DNA of 64,000 nt from Candidatus Limiplasma sp. (GCA_963663285.2 CAXXNI010000004.1:491805-555804), one strand, 5' to 3'. Counted from the stretch's first letter, positions 16,122 to 26,073 are shown. A program made the numbers and translations. Notes: generated by a model from the sequence alone, not told the origin.

Positions 16122-18278
16122 CTATGATAGGTATTGTATGCTTGTTTCCATGGGGCTGAGCGCGAAAGTGAGTTTTTTGCCTTCCTCGTTCATGACGCTT
16201 GTTTCACAGGGCTGATCGCTGTTGTTGAGCAAAACCAGCGCGTTATCGGCCGGGAACCACGCTGCTTCCGCCTGCGGCTGATCCGAGATCCACGGAGTAT
16301 TCTTGTCCCTATGAACACAACGCGCCAGTATTGCCAGCAGCATCGAGGCGCTTTCTACGCTCCACCGGAAATCTCCCATCCAAACCCCGCATCCGCTCCC
16401 GAAGGCATGCTCCGTCAACACGGGTTTTCCCTGATCGCCGGCGTAGACATGCGTGCTTTCTTCGCAGACAAAGGCGTAGGGGTGCGCGCCCAGCGCACCG
16501 CGTGCTACCGTGTAGGGAGCCTGTTCGACCTTGTAAGCCCATTTTCCGTGGCATACTTTGGCGCCCCGGTCAATATCCACGCCCAGCACATGCGCCATTC
16601 TAAGGAACGTATCATATCCCTCCACGGCGGAGGATTCGCCAACGCCAAGATAGGCGCCGCCTTCGTATACGAAGCGCGTCAGCGTTTCCACCAAAGCACT
16701 GCTTTGCCATGCGTCCCCGCCGCTCCATGCATCGCCGCATCTTCCGGTGTTGATTACAACATCCACGTTATCCAGCGCGCCGTTTTGCGCATCATCAAAG
16801 CTGATAAAACGCACATCCACAGGCAGCCCGGACAGCGCCTCGTTGATATGAATCAACGGATGCATGTCCGTTTCGTGAAAGTGCCCGCTCAGTGTCCAGG
16901 AGCGCAAGGAACCCCACGTATGCAGCACCGCAACGCGGCAAGGCAGGCAGTACGGCGCGCCGTTTTGATGCAGCTGCCGAATGCGGCGGAATTCATCGCT
17001 GATTTGCGTAATCGTATCCACAAACGCCGGAAATGCCTCCGTAAGATGCAGGTATCCGCCAAGGCCAATCCGTTCCACCGGCTGGCGGAGCAAAGCCCGC
17101 CGAATGTGCAGCCAATATGCCAGCGCATCCTTCGCAGGCTGCCCGCCCGGGGAAAAGGTAGGCAAATTCCCCAGCCCAACCGGAAACAAATAGGGGTGAA
17201 GCCGCAGTTCGTGTACGGCGGCTGGAACCCCGGCGCAAAGGCGGCATTCAAAACCGGAAAAGACGCACTTGATAATGGCGTCAAACCCAATATCCGCAAA
17301 GTATTTGCCCCATGGCTCCAACCCCACCCAGCTGTCATCGTAAAAGACATACGCCCGCTTTCCGTAGCTGTGGACGATCTGCACCAGTTCTTTCCCTTTT
17401 TGCGCCACAAAGGCCTGTACAAAGTCCATATAATCCCGTTTTGCCTTTGTCGGCGGCATATGCGTTACCTGCAGGTTTCCCTTGTTGATAAAATCCTCCG
17501 CGGTCAGCGCATAACCGTATTGCTGCGCAAAGGCGTCCAGTGCGGCAGGGCTGACGGTATAGTCGTAGCTGGCCCAATCCGTAAACAAGTTCCGCTTCCG
17601 GGGATTGCTGCCCCAAATCCAGACGAAGTTATAAAACAAACTGGTAAAACGTACAATGTCCGTATCCGGGTGCGCCTCACACCAATCCGTGAGCCAGCGC
17701 CTAAGGTAGACCCACGCTTCCGGGTGGCGGGGGTCTGCCTGCCGCAAGGGTTCGCTTGTCCAGTTGTTGGTTGTGTGGTTGTACATATTGATTTCTTCCC
17801 AGATGCGGAAGCACAGAAACGAAACCGTATAGCGGTGCCATAACACACAGCCGTCAACCTGTACGCTGCCGTTTCCGTCATACCGCCACAGGCGCTTGGG
17901 TACGGGTGTTTGTGCCGTGCGGTCGTATACCTGCCAGTAGCGCAGCGCATCCTGCCCGTCGTTGATGCTGAACTGCTGCTGAAAATACCCGTCCAGCAAC
18001 GGTATGGTCACCGAACCCGCAGCCGCCAGTACCGGCTTTGAGCATAGGAAGGTTTGCTGCTGTGCCTGCGGATGTTCCAAAAGGAAAGCATTGTGTTCCC
18101 GGATTACACATACCGTTGAATAAATTTGATACCCGGCGTTTTGCAGGGCGGGCGACAGTTTGGTACCGTCGCTGTCTCGTATTGCGTCGGCCCCCCAACG
18201 TTTGGCAAGGTCCAATGTCAGCGCTTCATAGCCAGTTTCTCCCGGAAGCGTAAATGATCCCCGTTGTATGCCGTCCAT
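16122..18278 (-). CDS. GH112 beta-galactoside phosphorylase (lacto-N-biose/galacto-N-biose phosphorylase family; possibly galactosyl-rhamnose phosphorylase)
   Basis: WGADAIRDSDGT, WHRYTVSF and MYNH..N.W, plus a length of about 720 aa, match my memory of Bifidobacterium LnpA. GGGAGG precedes the ATG at 18278. Confidence 0.85.
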   Translation of the reverse strand: MDGIQRGSFTLPGETGYEALTLDLAKRWGADAIRDSDGTKLSPALQNAGYQIYSTVCVIREHNAFLLEHPQAQQQTFLCSKPVLAAAGSVTIPLLDGYFQQQFSINDGQDALRYWQVYDRTAQTPVPKRLWRYDGNGSVQVDGCVLWHRYTVSFLCFRIWEEINMYNHTTNNWTSEPLRQADPRHPEAWVYLRRWLTDWCEAHPDTDIVRFTSLFYNFVWIWGSNPRKRNLFTDWASYDYTVSPAALDAFAQQYGYALTAEDFINKGNLQVTHMPPTKAKRDYMDFVQAFVAQKGKELVQIVHSYGKRAYVFYDDSWVGLEPWGKYFADIGFDAIIKCVFSGFECRLCAGVPAAVHELRLHPYLFPVGLGNLPTFSPGGQPAKDALAYWLHIRRALLRQPVERIGLGGYLHLTEAFPAFVDTITQISDEFRRIRQLHQNGAPYCLPCRVAVLHTWGSLRSWTLSGHFHETDMHPLIHINEALSGLPVDVRFISFDDAQNGALDNVDVVINTGRCGDAWSGGDAWQSSALVETLTRFVYEGGAYLGVGESSAVEGYDTFLRMAHVLGVDIDRGAKVCHGKWAYKVEQAPYTVARGALGAHPYAFVCEESTHVYAGDQGKPVLTEHAFGSGCGVWMGDFRWSVESASMLLAILARCVHRDKNTPWISDQPQAEAAWFPADNALVLLNNSDQPCETSVMNEEGKKLTFALSPMETSIQYLS

Positions 18279-18320
18279 ACTGTTTCCTCCCTGCGTATCG
18301 ATCAAGGTGTTTGCGTGTGG

Positions 18321-19316
18321 TTACAGCAGCGCAAGAATATTGTCGATGCTTTGCAATTCTTCGCTTGAAAACTCCAGTTGTTCCAGCGCCTTCACATTTT
18401 CCGTAAGCTGCTGGGGTTTGCTTGCGCCAATCAGCACGCTGGTGACCACCGAATCGCGCAGGTTCCATGCCAGTGCCATTTGCGCGAGCGACTGTCCCCG
18501 TTTGGCGGCTATTTCGTTCAGCGCGGTAATAACGGATACCTTTTCGGGCGTTATATCATCCGGCTTGAGAAAACGCGGATCATGCGCCGCCCGTGAATCG
18601 GCCGGAATCCCGTGCAGGTAGCGGCCGGTGAGCATGCCGCCCGCCAGCGGCATAAAGGTGATGCAGCCTGCTTTTTCCCGGCGGAGTACGTCCGTCAGGC
18701 CATTTTCAATCCAACGGTTCATCATATTGTATTGCGGCTGATGAATCAGCAGGGGCGTGCCCAGGGCGCGGAGCGCTTTTACTGCGGCTTCGGTTTGCTG
18801 TGCGTCGTAGTTGGAAATGCCTACGTAAAGCGCTTTTCCGCTGCGGACAATGCTATCCAGCGCGCCCATGGTTTCTTCAATGGGCGTTTCGGGGTCCGGA
18901 CGGTGATGGTAGAATATATCCACATAGTCAATATGCATCCGCTTTAAACTCTGGTCAATACTGGCGGTTAAATATTTGCGGCTTCCGTGGTCGCCATAGG
19001 GGCCTGCCCACATGTCGTACCCGGCTTTGGTGGATATAATCAGTTCGTCCCGGTAGGGTTTCCAGTCTCTGCGCATATGTACGCCAAAATTGCGTTCGGC
19101 TTCACCGTAAGGCGGCCCGTAATTATTGGCAAGATCAAAATGGGTAATCCCCAAATCAAACGCGGTGCGCAGCAGTTGTTGCTGCGTTTCAAACGGCGTG
19201 ATCGCGCCAAAATTATGCCAGAGCCCCAGCGACAGCGCGGGCAGCAGCAAACCGCTTGCGCCGCAGCGGCGGTAGGCCATGGCATCATATCGTGACGGGT
19301 TTGGGTTGTAAGTCAT
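18321..19316 (-). CDS. aldo/keto reductase, YghZ(Gpr)/Tas-like
   Basis: The N-terminus ...RYDAMAYRRCGASGLLLPALSLGLWHNFG closely parallels E. coli YghZ (...YRYCGKSGLRLPALSLGLWHNFG). Length is 331 aa and GGAGGG is the RBS. Confidence 0.9.
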   Translation of the reverse strand: MTYNPNPSRYDAMAYRRCGASGLLLPALSLGLWHNFGAITPFETQQQLLRTAFDLGITHFDLANNYGPPYGEAERNFGVHMRRDWKPYRDELIISTKAGYDMWAGPYGDHGSRKYLTASIDQSLKRMHIDYVDIFYHHRPDPETPIEETMGALDSIVRSGKALYVGISNYDAQQTEAAVKALRALGTPLLIHQPQYNMMNRWIENGLTDVLRREKAGCITFMPLAGGMLTGRYLHGIPADSRAAHDPRFLKPDDITPEKVSVITALNEIAAKRGQSLAQMALAWNLRDSVVTSVLIGASKPQQLTENVKALEQLEFSSEELQSIDNILALL

Positions 19317-19388
19317 AAGTACCCTCCTGTTTGCTATGGTTCTCCCATGCGGATGAACCGGTTTTTTGCCTTGTTTCCCTGTACGGTT

Positions 19389-19416
19389 TTATCATAATGA
19401 GCGGTTATGCTATAAT
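19389..19416 (+). promoter_or_regulatory. candidate promoter with extended -10 for the AraC gene
   Basis: TTATCA (19389-19394), a 16-nt spacer and TGc-TATAAT (-10 at 19411-19416). Confidence 0.45.
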
Positions 19417-19469
19417 CTAACTGTTCTGTATCTTCTTATGAGGGTTTTTGACCATATGGAGGGCGGGAT

Positions 19470-20393
19470 ATGCAAACCAACAAGATCAGGGTGGATTTCA
19501 GGCAATATACATTTGACATGAAGTTTCCTGTAAAGGCCTTTTTGGAAGGAACCTATTACATGCCCGTACAGGAAACAGAGGAACTCACGTACATGCATTT
19601 TCATAATTCCATTGAACTGGGCTATTGCCATGCGGGCAAGGGCTGTTTGTTTGTGGACGGTGTGAAAATGCCGTTTTCAGCCGGTGACGTGGTAATGGTG
19701 AAGCCTTATGTGACCCATTACGTAAAACCTGTGTACGAAAACGGTGTGAAACAGCCAATGTTCTGCGAATGGCTCTATTTTGACATGAAAATACTGCAAA
19801 CCGCTTTTCGCTCCAGCGTGTTTTACTCCATGCTCAGCTCGCTTACGGAGCAAAAAGCATCCTATATGGTTATTTCGCCAAGCGATCCCATGGTTTCTAC
19901 CCATATCCGCATGGTATTGGATGAGCTGCGCGCAAAACGCCCGAATTACCAATCCTACATTCTGGGCATTATCTTCAACCTCTGCATTGATCTTTCCCGC
20001 GTTACCACAGCTTTTTCCGGCGAGCAGCCCACCAGCAGCATTATCGTTACGGTTTTTCCGGCAGTGGAATACATACACGCGCATTTTGCCGAGGAAATCA
20101 ACCTGCAAAGCCTTGCGGATCTGTGCTACATGAGCCCTACGCATTTCCGCCGTGTTTTCAAAGCCGTTATGCACACATCGCCGCTGGAATACATCCATCA
20201 CGAGCGTATCCATACGGCCTGCCGCCTCCTATATTCCACCGACCTGTCCATACTGGATATTTGCTATCAAATTGGCTATAACACCGTATCCTGCTTTAAC
20301 CGCCAGTTTTTTAAGGTGATGGGCATACAGCCTTTGAAGTGGCGGCAGCAAGCCAAAGGGAATGGAAACGGTATGCCCTATGCCGACGTATAA
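19470..20393 (+). CDS. AraC-family transcriptional regulator (cupin sensor plus HTH)
   Basis: The C-terminal HTH reads LQSLADLCYMSPTHFRRVFKAVMHTSPLEYIHHERIHTACRLL...GYNTVSCFNRQF. Length is 307 aa. Confidence 0.85.
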   Translation: MQTNKIRVDFRQYTFDMKFPVKAFLEGTYYMPVQETEELTYMHFHNSIELGYCHAGKGCLFVDGVKMPFSAGDVVMVKPYVTHYVKPVYENGVKQPMFCEWLYFDMKILQTAFRSSVFYSMLSSLTEQKASYMVISPSDPMVSTHIRMVLDELRAKRPNYQSYILGIIFNLCIDLSRVTTAFSGEQPTSSIIVTVFPAVEYIHAHFAEEINLQSLADLCYMSPTHFRRVFKAVMHTSPLEYIHHERIHTACRLLYSTDLSILDICYQIGYNTVSCFNRQFFKVMGIQPLKWRQQAKGNGNGMPYADV

Positions 20394-20394
20394 A

Positions 20395-20436
20395 GACCAG
20401 AAAACGGCCATGCTCGGGATGAGTCTGGTCGTTTTT
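20395..20436 (+). terminator. intrinsic terminator after the AraC gene
   Basis: GACCAGA (20395-20401) pairs with TCTGGTC (20424-20430) and is followed by G-TTTTT. The loop is large. Confidence 0.45.
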
Positions 20437-20515
20437 GCATAGTTCTGATCCATTTCACCTAAGATTTATCGTCTGATTTTTTTTACAATAGTGTCAGCGA
20501 AAGGTGGAATCGGGA

Positions 20516-21877
20516 ATGGAACAGGTTCGTCAGTGGGTTCGCGGGCATCGGGATCAGATGGTTCTTGATTTGATAAAGCTCGTTCGCGTCCCCAGCATTT
20601 CGGAACCGTCCGAAGAATATCCGCCTTTCGGCCGCGGCTGCCGGGATGTGATCGATACCTTCTTAACTCTTTGCGGTAAATATGGCTATGAGCTTCACAA
20701 TTATGATTATTACGTTGGCGAAGCCACCTGCGGGGAAGGTGAAACCAGCATCGGCATCTGGAGCCATCTGGATGTTGTGCCCGCTCCGGACCCGGGCGCG
20801 TGGAGTTTTCCGCCTTTTGAGTGCGCGGTGGTACAAAACCGCTATTTGATTGGGCGGGGTGTACAGGATAATAAAATGCCCGCCATCGGCGTGCTGTATG
20901 CACTGAATTATTTGCGGGAAAACGGCATTCCGCTTCGGCACCGCTATTCGCTTTTTGTCGGAACAAATGAAGAAAACGGTATGGCGGATATAAAGTATTA
21001 CCGCCGGCATTACCGCTGCCCCACGCTGAGCTTGGTACCGGACAGCGGCTTTCCTGTTTGCATAGCGGAACGGGGCAATTGTTTGCTGCGCATCTGTACC
21101 CCTGCGCTGGAAGGCTTTTCGGGTTTGCAAATCCAATGCGAACCATTGCCGGGGCTGGCAGCCGGTTTAGCCAAAGCCGTTCTCCCCGGCGGGGAAACAC
21201 TGCAGGCCGAAGGCGAAACCGTGCGCCTGTCCGAACGGAACCCGGAGCAACCCATCGCGACAGAGATGCTGCTTACGCAATTAACCGGGCATTATACCGG
21301 AAACGAGCAACAGGCTTTGCAAAGCCTGCTGGCGGTTGCCGGGGATACGACCGGCAAAAAACTCGGTATTTTCTGCGAGGATGCGCATAGCGGACAGCTG
21401 CGCGGCAGCGCTGGAAAAATCGGGGTTGATCAAAACCGTGTTTTTATGGATGTAACCCTTACCTTGCCGGTTTGTGTAAACACCGATACCTTGGCGCAAA
21501 CCGTCGAAGCCGCATGCAACGTGTACGGGCTTTCCACACAGGTTATCAAGCTGCGCGCTCCGCACTCGTTCCCTGCCAACCATCCGGTGGTGGAGCGGCT
21601 CACACAGGTGTACCGGGAAACTACCGGTTTTATGGGAAGTCCGTTTGTTATGAGCGGAGGCTCCTATGCGGGGCAGCTGCCCAATGCTTTTGCTTTTGGG
21701 CCGGGTATGCCGGGGCGTACTTTTCCCCCAGATATTTTCCGCCCCGGCTGCGGGGACTACCATCAGGTGGATGAGAGCGAGGATATTGAGCACCTGTGCA
21801 TGTTTACGGAGGTTTACATCCACGCGCTGCTCGCGCTCAATGAAATGGAATTATTTTTTGAAGGAGATCAAGCATGA
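20516..21877 (+). CDS. M20-family dipeptidase (PepV/Sapep-like)
   Basis: Motif IWSHLDVVPA, the overall M20 layout and a length of about 450 aa. The ATG at 20516 is preceded by GAAAGGTGG. Confidence 0.85.
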   Translation: MEQVRQWVRGHRDQMVLDLIKLVRVPSISEPSEEYPPFGRGCRDVIDTFLTLCGKYGYELHNYDYYVGEATCGEGETSIGIWSHLDVVPAPDPGAWSFPPFECAVVQNRYLIGRGVQDNKMPAIGVLYALNYLRENGIPLRHRYSLFVGTNEENGMADIKYYRRHYRCPTLSLVPDSGFPVCIAERGNCLLRICTPALEGFSGLQIQCEPLPGLAAGLAKAVLPGGETLQAEGETVRLSERNPEQPIATEMLLTQLTGHYTGNEQQALQSLLAVAGDTTGKKLGIFCEDAHSGQLRGSAGKIGVDQNRVFMDVTLTLPVCVNTDTLAQTVEAACNVYGLSTQVIKLRAPHSFPANHPVVERLTQVYRETTGFMGSPFVMSGGSYAGQLPNAFAFGPGMPGRTFPPDIFRPGCGDYHQVDESEDIEHLCMFTEVYIHALLALNEMELFFEGDQA

Positions 21878-23142
21878 CGAATGAGGAAATCCTCAGCTTA
21901 TTGCACCAGGAAATTTCTCCGGCATTAGGCTGCACGGAGCCTATCGCAGTTGCGCTGGCCTGTGCCCATGCGCGCGAAACATTGGGGTTTCCGGTCGAAA
22001 CGGCGGAGGTAACCGTAAGCCGGAATATTTATAAAAACGCCATGGGGGTAGGCATCCCCGGTACTGCGCTTACCGGTTTGCCGATCGCGGCCGCTTTAGG
22101 GCTGCTTTACGGCAATTCCGCTTACGGGCTGGAGGTGCTGCGCGATGCGACATCGCAGGCATCCATAGACGCCGCAAAGCAAATGGCGGATTCCGGCGCA
22201 ATTCACATTTCCATGCAGCAGGAAGCGCCAAAGCTATACATCGCGGTAAACGTTACCGGCAGCGGGCACAAGGCGGAATGCGTCATCCGTGATCATCACC
22301 GCAATATTGCGCGGTTGTCGCTGGATGATAACGTGCTTTTGGAAGGCGTGCAGAATTGCGATACGGAAACGGTTATGCTCAGCGATCCGCTCTCCCTTGA
22401 GGAGATTTGGCGCTTTGTGCATGAAACCGATGTGAACGCCCTTTCATTCCTCAACGACGGCATCACCATGAACCTGACGATTGCGCAGGAGGGGTTAAGC
22501 GGGGCGTGGGGGATTCAGGTTGGCAAAACCTTGCTTGCCGGACGGTCGCCGGATGAACTCACCCTGGGTGAGTATGTGTCCGCCCTTACCGCGGCTGCGT
22601 CGGACGCACGCATGTCCGGTTGCGTGCTGCCGGTTATGAGCACGGCAGGCAGCGGCAACCAGGGCCTTACCGCAACGCTTCCGGTTTATGCTGCCTCTCA
22701 AAAGCTGGGCAGCGACAGCGAAACGACACTGCGCGCAGAGGCGTTCAGCCAGCTTGTCACAATCCATATCAAAGCCGGTATCGGCAGCCTATCCGCGCTG
22801 TGCGGCTGCGCCATCGCAGCCTCCATCGGCTCGGCATGCGGTATAACGTATTTGCTGGGCGGTTCGCTGGAAGCGATGTCAAGTGCCGTGCAGAACATGA
22901 TTGCCGATATTTCCGGCTTGATCTGCGACGGTGCGAAACCCGGCTGTGCGCTGAAAATAGCCACGGCTACGGCCAGCGCCGTACAATGTGCCTACCTTGC
23001 CGTTTCGGGCGCGCGGGCAACCCAACAGGACGGCATTGTAACCCGGGACGTGGAAGCCTCCATCCGAAACCTGCATACATTAAGCCATCAGGGTATGCAG
23101 CAAACCGATAATGTCATACTGGATATTATGCTGGCTAAGTAA
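21874..23142 (+). CDS. UPF0597 / YhaM(CyuA)-family protein, L-cysteine desulfidase-like
   Basis: PALGCTEPIAVALA, AASDARMSG..LPVMSTAGSGNQGLTATLPV, ICDGAKPGCALK and QQTD align by eye with E. coli YhaM across the full length. Confidence 0.85.
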   Translation: MTNEEILSLLHQEISPALGCTEPIAVALACAHARETLGFPVETAEVTVSRNIYKNAMGVGIPGTALTGLPIAAALGLLYGNSAYGLEVLRDATSQASIDAAKQMADSGAIHISMQQEAPKLYIAVNVTGSGHKAECVIRDHHRNIARLSLDDNVLLEGVQNCDTETVMLSDPLSLEEIWRFVHETDVNALSFLNDGITMNLTIAQEGLSGAWGIQVGKTLLAGRSPDELTLGEYVSALTAAASDARMSGCVLPVMSTAGSGNQGLTATLPVYAASQKLGSDSETTLRAEAFSQLVTIHIKAGIGSLSALCGCAIAASIGSACGITYLLGGSLEAMSSAVQNMIADISGLICDGAKPGCALKIATATASAVQCAYLAVSGARATQQDGIVTRDVEASIRNLHTLSHQGMQQTDNVILDIMLAK

Positions 23143-23157
23143 GGAGAGTATACATAC

Positions 23158-24120
23158 ATGAACAAACGGCAGCGCGTAACCAATGCAATGAATCTACAAC
23201 CTGTGGACAGGCCTCCGGTCGGCTTCTGGTTTCACTTTCCGGAGGACCAGTGCGAAGGCGCGGCGTGTGTAAACGCGCATCTGGATTACTATAACAAAAT
23301 CGATGTGGATATCGCCAAGCTGATGTGCGACGGATATTTTGACTATCCAAACCCTGTTGCCAAGGCGGTTGTTAAGCCCGAAGACTGGTTCAAAATGGAG
23401 CCGCTGGGGCCGGACAGCGATTTTATACGCGGGCAGGTTGAGCGCGCCAAGGCGGTGCGCGCCGGATTAAAGCAAGACATGGTGGTGCTTTATAACGTAT
23501 TTGCGCCCTTCTCCACCTTGCGCTTTGGCACGTCGGACGAGCTTGTGACCCGCCATTTGCAGGAAAATCCGGATGCTATTCTCTACGCGCTGGATGTGGT
23601 TGCCAAGGACAACGCGCTTCTTTGTGAAAAGCTGATTACCGAAGGCGGCGTGGACGGCGTATATTATTGCCTGCAGGGCGCAGAAGTGAACCGGATGAGC
23701 CATGAGGATTACATGCGCCTTATCGCGCCCAGCGATTTACAGGTGCTTGCGCATGCCAACCGTTTCAGCGATATGAACATGCTGCATTGCTGCGGCTGGG
23801 CGGGCATTCCCAACCGGCTGGAAAACTGGCGCGACTATCCTGCTAAATCTGTCAACTGGGCTTGTTTTATAGAAAATATGCAGGTCGGTGAAGGCCAGGC
23901 ATTCTTCGGCGGCCGTTGTGTGCTGGGCGGGTTTGACAACCGCCGGGAAGGCGTGCTGTTCTCCGGTACCAAAGCGGATGTGGAGGCATATACGCGAAAG
24001 CTGGTCGCGGCGGCGCCCAAAACCGGTTTTATGATCGGTGCGGACTGCACCTTGCCTGCGGATATTGATAAGCAGCGGTTTCAATGGGTTGTGGACTGCG
24101 TAAAGACACTCGCCGTTTGA
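23158..24120 (+). CDS. uroporphyrinogen decarboxylase (URO-D) family protein, MtaA/CmuA-like
   Basis: A 320-aa product whose N-terminus ...VTNAMNLQPVDRPPVGFW is typical of URO-D-family proteins in Clostridia. AAGGAG is the RBS. No corrinoid protein gene lies nearby. Confidence 0.7.
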   Translation: MNKRQRVTNAMNLQPVDRPPVGFWFHFPEDQCEGAACVNAHLDYYNKIDVDIAKLMCDGYFDYPNPVAKAVVKPEDWFKMEPLGPDSDFIRGQVERAKAVRAGLKQDMVVLYNVFAPFSTLRFGTSDELVTRHLQENPDAILYALDVVAKDNALLCEKLITEGGVDGVYYCLQGAEVNRMSHEDYMRLIAPSDLQVLAHANRFSDMNMLHCCGWAGIPNRLENWRDYPAKSVNWACFIENMQVGEGQAFFGGRCVLGGFDNRREGVLFSGTKADVEAYTRKLVAAAPKTGFMIGADCTLPADIDKQRFQWVVDCVKTLAV

Positions 24121-24155
24121 GACGTTTACATATAGCTTGAAAGGAGGACGTACCT

Positions 24156-25109
24156 GTGGAAAAGCGCGTGGTAAACACGGCCAAACCAACACAAAGCACG
24201 GGCTGGGCACGCTTTTGGCGTTTCCGGTATTTGCACATGATGGTTCTGCCGGGACTGGTGTTTTACCTTATTTTTCGCTATGTGCCCATGTACGGTATAC
24301 TCATCGCCTTCAAAAACTATCGGGGTGCCGCGGGCGGATTGGGAACCATATGGAATTCGGACTGGATCGGGCTGAAGAACTTTGAAATTTTCTTCCACTC
24401 CATCTATTGTATGCGGATATTCCGCAATACGATTGTTATCAGTATCCTGCGTTTGATTTTCAGCTTTCCGGCGCCGATTCTCCTTGCGCTGATGATAAAC
24501 GAGGTGCGGTCCAGCGGTTATAAGCGCACGGTGCAAACCGTTACGTACATGCCCTATTTTCTTTCGTGGGTTGTGGTGGCTGGCTTGCTCAACACGCTGT
24601 TGTCTCCTGAAAATGGCGTAATCAATGAACTCATCCGTTTGGCGGGCGGGCAGCCGGTTTACTTTTTAGCCAGCAATACATGGTTTCGACCGGTTTTGAT
24701 TATCAGCGAAGTCTGGAAAAACATGGGGTACGGCTCCATCGTTTATCTGGCGGCCATCACATCCATTGACCAAAGCCAGTACGAAGCCGCCACCGTGGAC
24801 GGAGCCAACAAGGTACAGCAGATTTTCCATATTACGCTGCCGGCGCTTGGCAATATCATTGCCATCATGCTGATTTTGCAAATCGGGCGTTTGTTTGACG
24901 ATAACTTCGAGCAGATTTTTAACCTGTACAGCGCTGCCGTTTACGAGGTTTCCGATGTGTTTGAAACCTATATCTACCGTACCGGTATTAAAGATGCGAA
25001 GTTCTCCTATACGGCGGCGGTCGGTTTGGTTAAATCCGGTATAACGCTGCTGCTGATTCTATTCTCCAACCGCATGTCCAAGCGTCTAGGCGCGGACGGC
25101 CTGTTTTAA
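24156..25109 (+). CDS. ABC transporter permease, LplB-like
   Basis: A paralog of 3710-4663 of the same length, with the loop YEAATVDGANKVQQIFHITLP. GTG start with an AAAGGAGG RBS. Confidence 0.9.
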   Translation: MEKRVVNTAKPTQSTGWARFWRFRYLHMMVLPGLVFYLIFRYVPMYGILIAFKNYRGAAGGLGTIWNSDWIGLKNFEIFFHSIYCMRIFRNTIVISILRLIFSFPAPILLALMINEVRSSGYKRTVQTVTYMPYFLSWVVVAGLLNTLLSPENGVINELIRLAGGQPVYFLASNTWFRPVLIISEVWKNMGYGSIVYLAAITSIDQSQYEAATVDGANKVQQIFHITLPALGNIIAIMLILQIGRLFDDNFEQIFNLYSAAVYEVSDVFETYIYRTGIKDAKFSYTAAVGLVKSGITLLLILFSNRMSKRLGADGLF

Positions 25110-25120
25110 GGAGGCGCGCC

Positions 25121-26023
25121 ATGATTAACCATGCTTTACACAACGGCCCCCGCCTTTCCCGTGGCGAAAAAACCTTCAGCGTCATCAACGCAGCCGTACT
25201 TTTTCTGCTGTGCCTGATTATGCTTTACCCGGTGGTGTTTGTTTTTGGGCGTTCCTTCACATCCGATGCGGAGCGTGCCATGTACCCTCTGCGTTTGATT
25301 CCGCAACAGTTTGACTGGAGCGGCTACAAGTTCATTTTCTTTTCCGGGTCCAACATTATCAATTCCTATGCCACCACCATCGCCCGCACATTGGTAGGCA
25401 CGGTCGTCAACCTGGTCGTCTCCTGCCTGCTGGCATATCCGCTTTCCAAGCGGGAATATCCCCCGCGTAAGTTGCTGACCACCCTGATTGTATTTACCAT
25501 GTGGTTCAGCGGCGGCCTTATTCCCAGTTACCTGCTCAACAAGGACCTGGGACTGGTAAACAGTTTCTGGGTGTACATTCTCCCCTGCGCCGTGAACACC
25601 TACAACATGATTATTCTGCGTAACTTCTTTATGGAGGTGCCCGTTACGCTGGAAGAATCCGCAAAGCTGGACGGCGCAAACGACTTTACTGTTTTCCTGC
25701 GGATTTATCTTCCCCTTTCGTCCGCGGCCCTGGCGACAATAGGCCTGTTTTACGCGGTCAGCCATTGGAACAGCTGGTTTGATTCCATGCTTTATATGAA
25801 CAAAAAGGAAATGTGGACACTGCAATATACGCTGCGCCAGCTGATCAACAGCGCCAACGTAATCGACATTTCCACCGTCGGCACCAGCGTGGATAATATC
25901 CCGCCGGCGGATACCATCCGAATGTCCACCATCATCGTTGCGATCGTACCGATCCTTTGTGTGTATCCTTTCCTGCAGAAGTACTTTGTAAAAGGTCTGC
26001 TGGTTGGCGCCGTTAAGGGTTAA
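25121..26023 (+). CDS. carbohydrate ABC transporter permease, LplC-like
   Basis: A paralog of 4676-5596, with the loop EESAKLDGANDFTVFLRIYLP and the C-terminus YFVKGLLVGAVKG. Confidence 0.9.
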   Translation: MINHALHNGPRLSRGEKTFSVINAAVLFLLCLIMLYPVVFVFGRSFTSDAERAMYPLRLIPQQFDWSGYKFIFFSGSNIINSYATTIARTLVGTVVNLVVSCLLAYPLSKREYPPRKLLTTLIVFTMWFSGGLIPSYLLNKDLGLVNSFWVYILPCAVNTYNMIILRNFFMEVPVTLEESAKLDGANDFTVFLRIYLPLSSAALATIGLFYAVSHWNSWFDSMLYMNKKEMWTLQYTLRQLINSANVIDISTVGTSVDNIPPADTIRMSTIIVAIVPILCVYPFLQKYFVKGLLVGAVKG

Positions 26024-26073
26024 ACGCACGGATGGCTGTAACATTAACCAAATCTACAAGGAGGAACCTATCC

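Noticed and set aside
16134-17843. Very long ORFs antisense to well-supported genes, for example 16134-17843 (+, 569 aa), 26140-27594 (-, 484 aa), 12309-13538 (+, 409 aa), 39845-40894 (-, 349 aa) and 25136-26044 (-, 302 aa).
   Set aside because: Their translations are Arg/Gly/Ala/Pro/His-rich with no recognisable motif. Each lies opposite a gene with clear family signatures. Long stop-free antisense frames are expected at this GC content.
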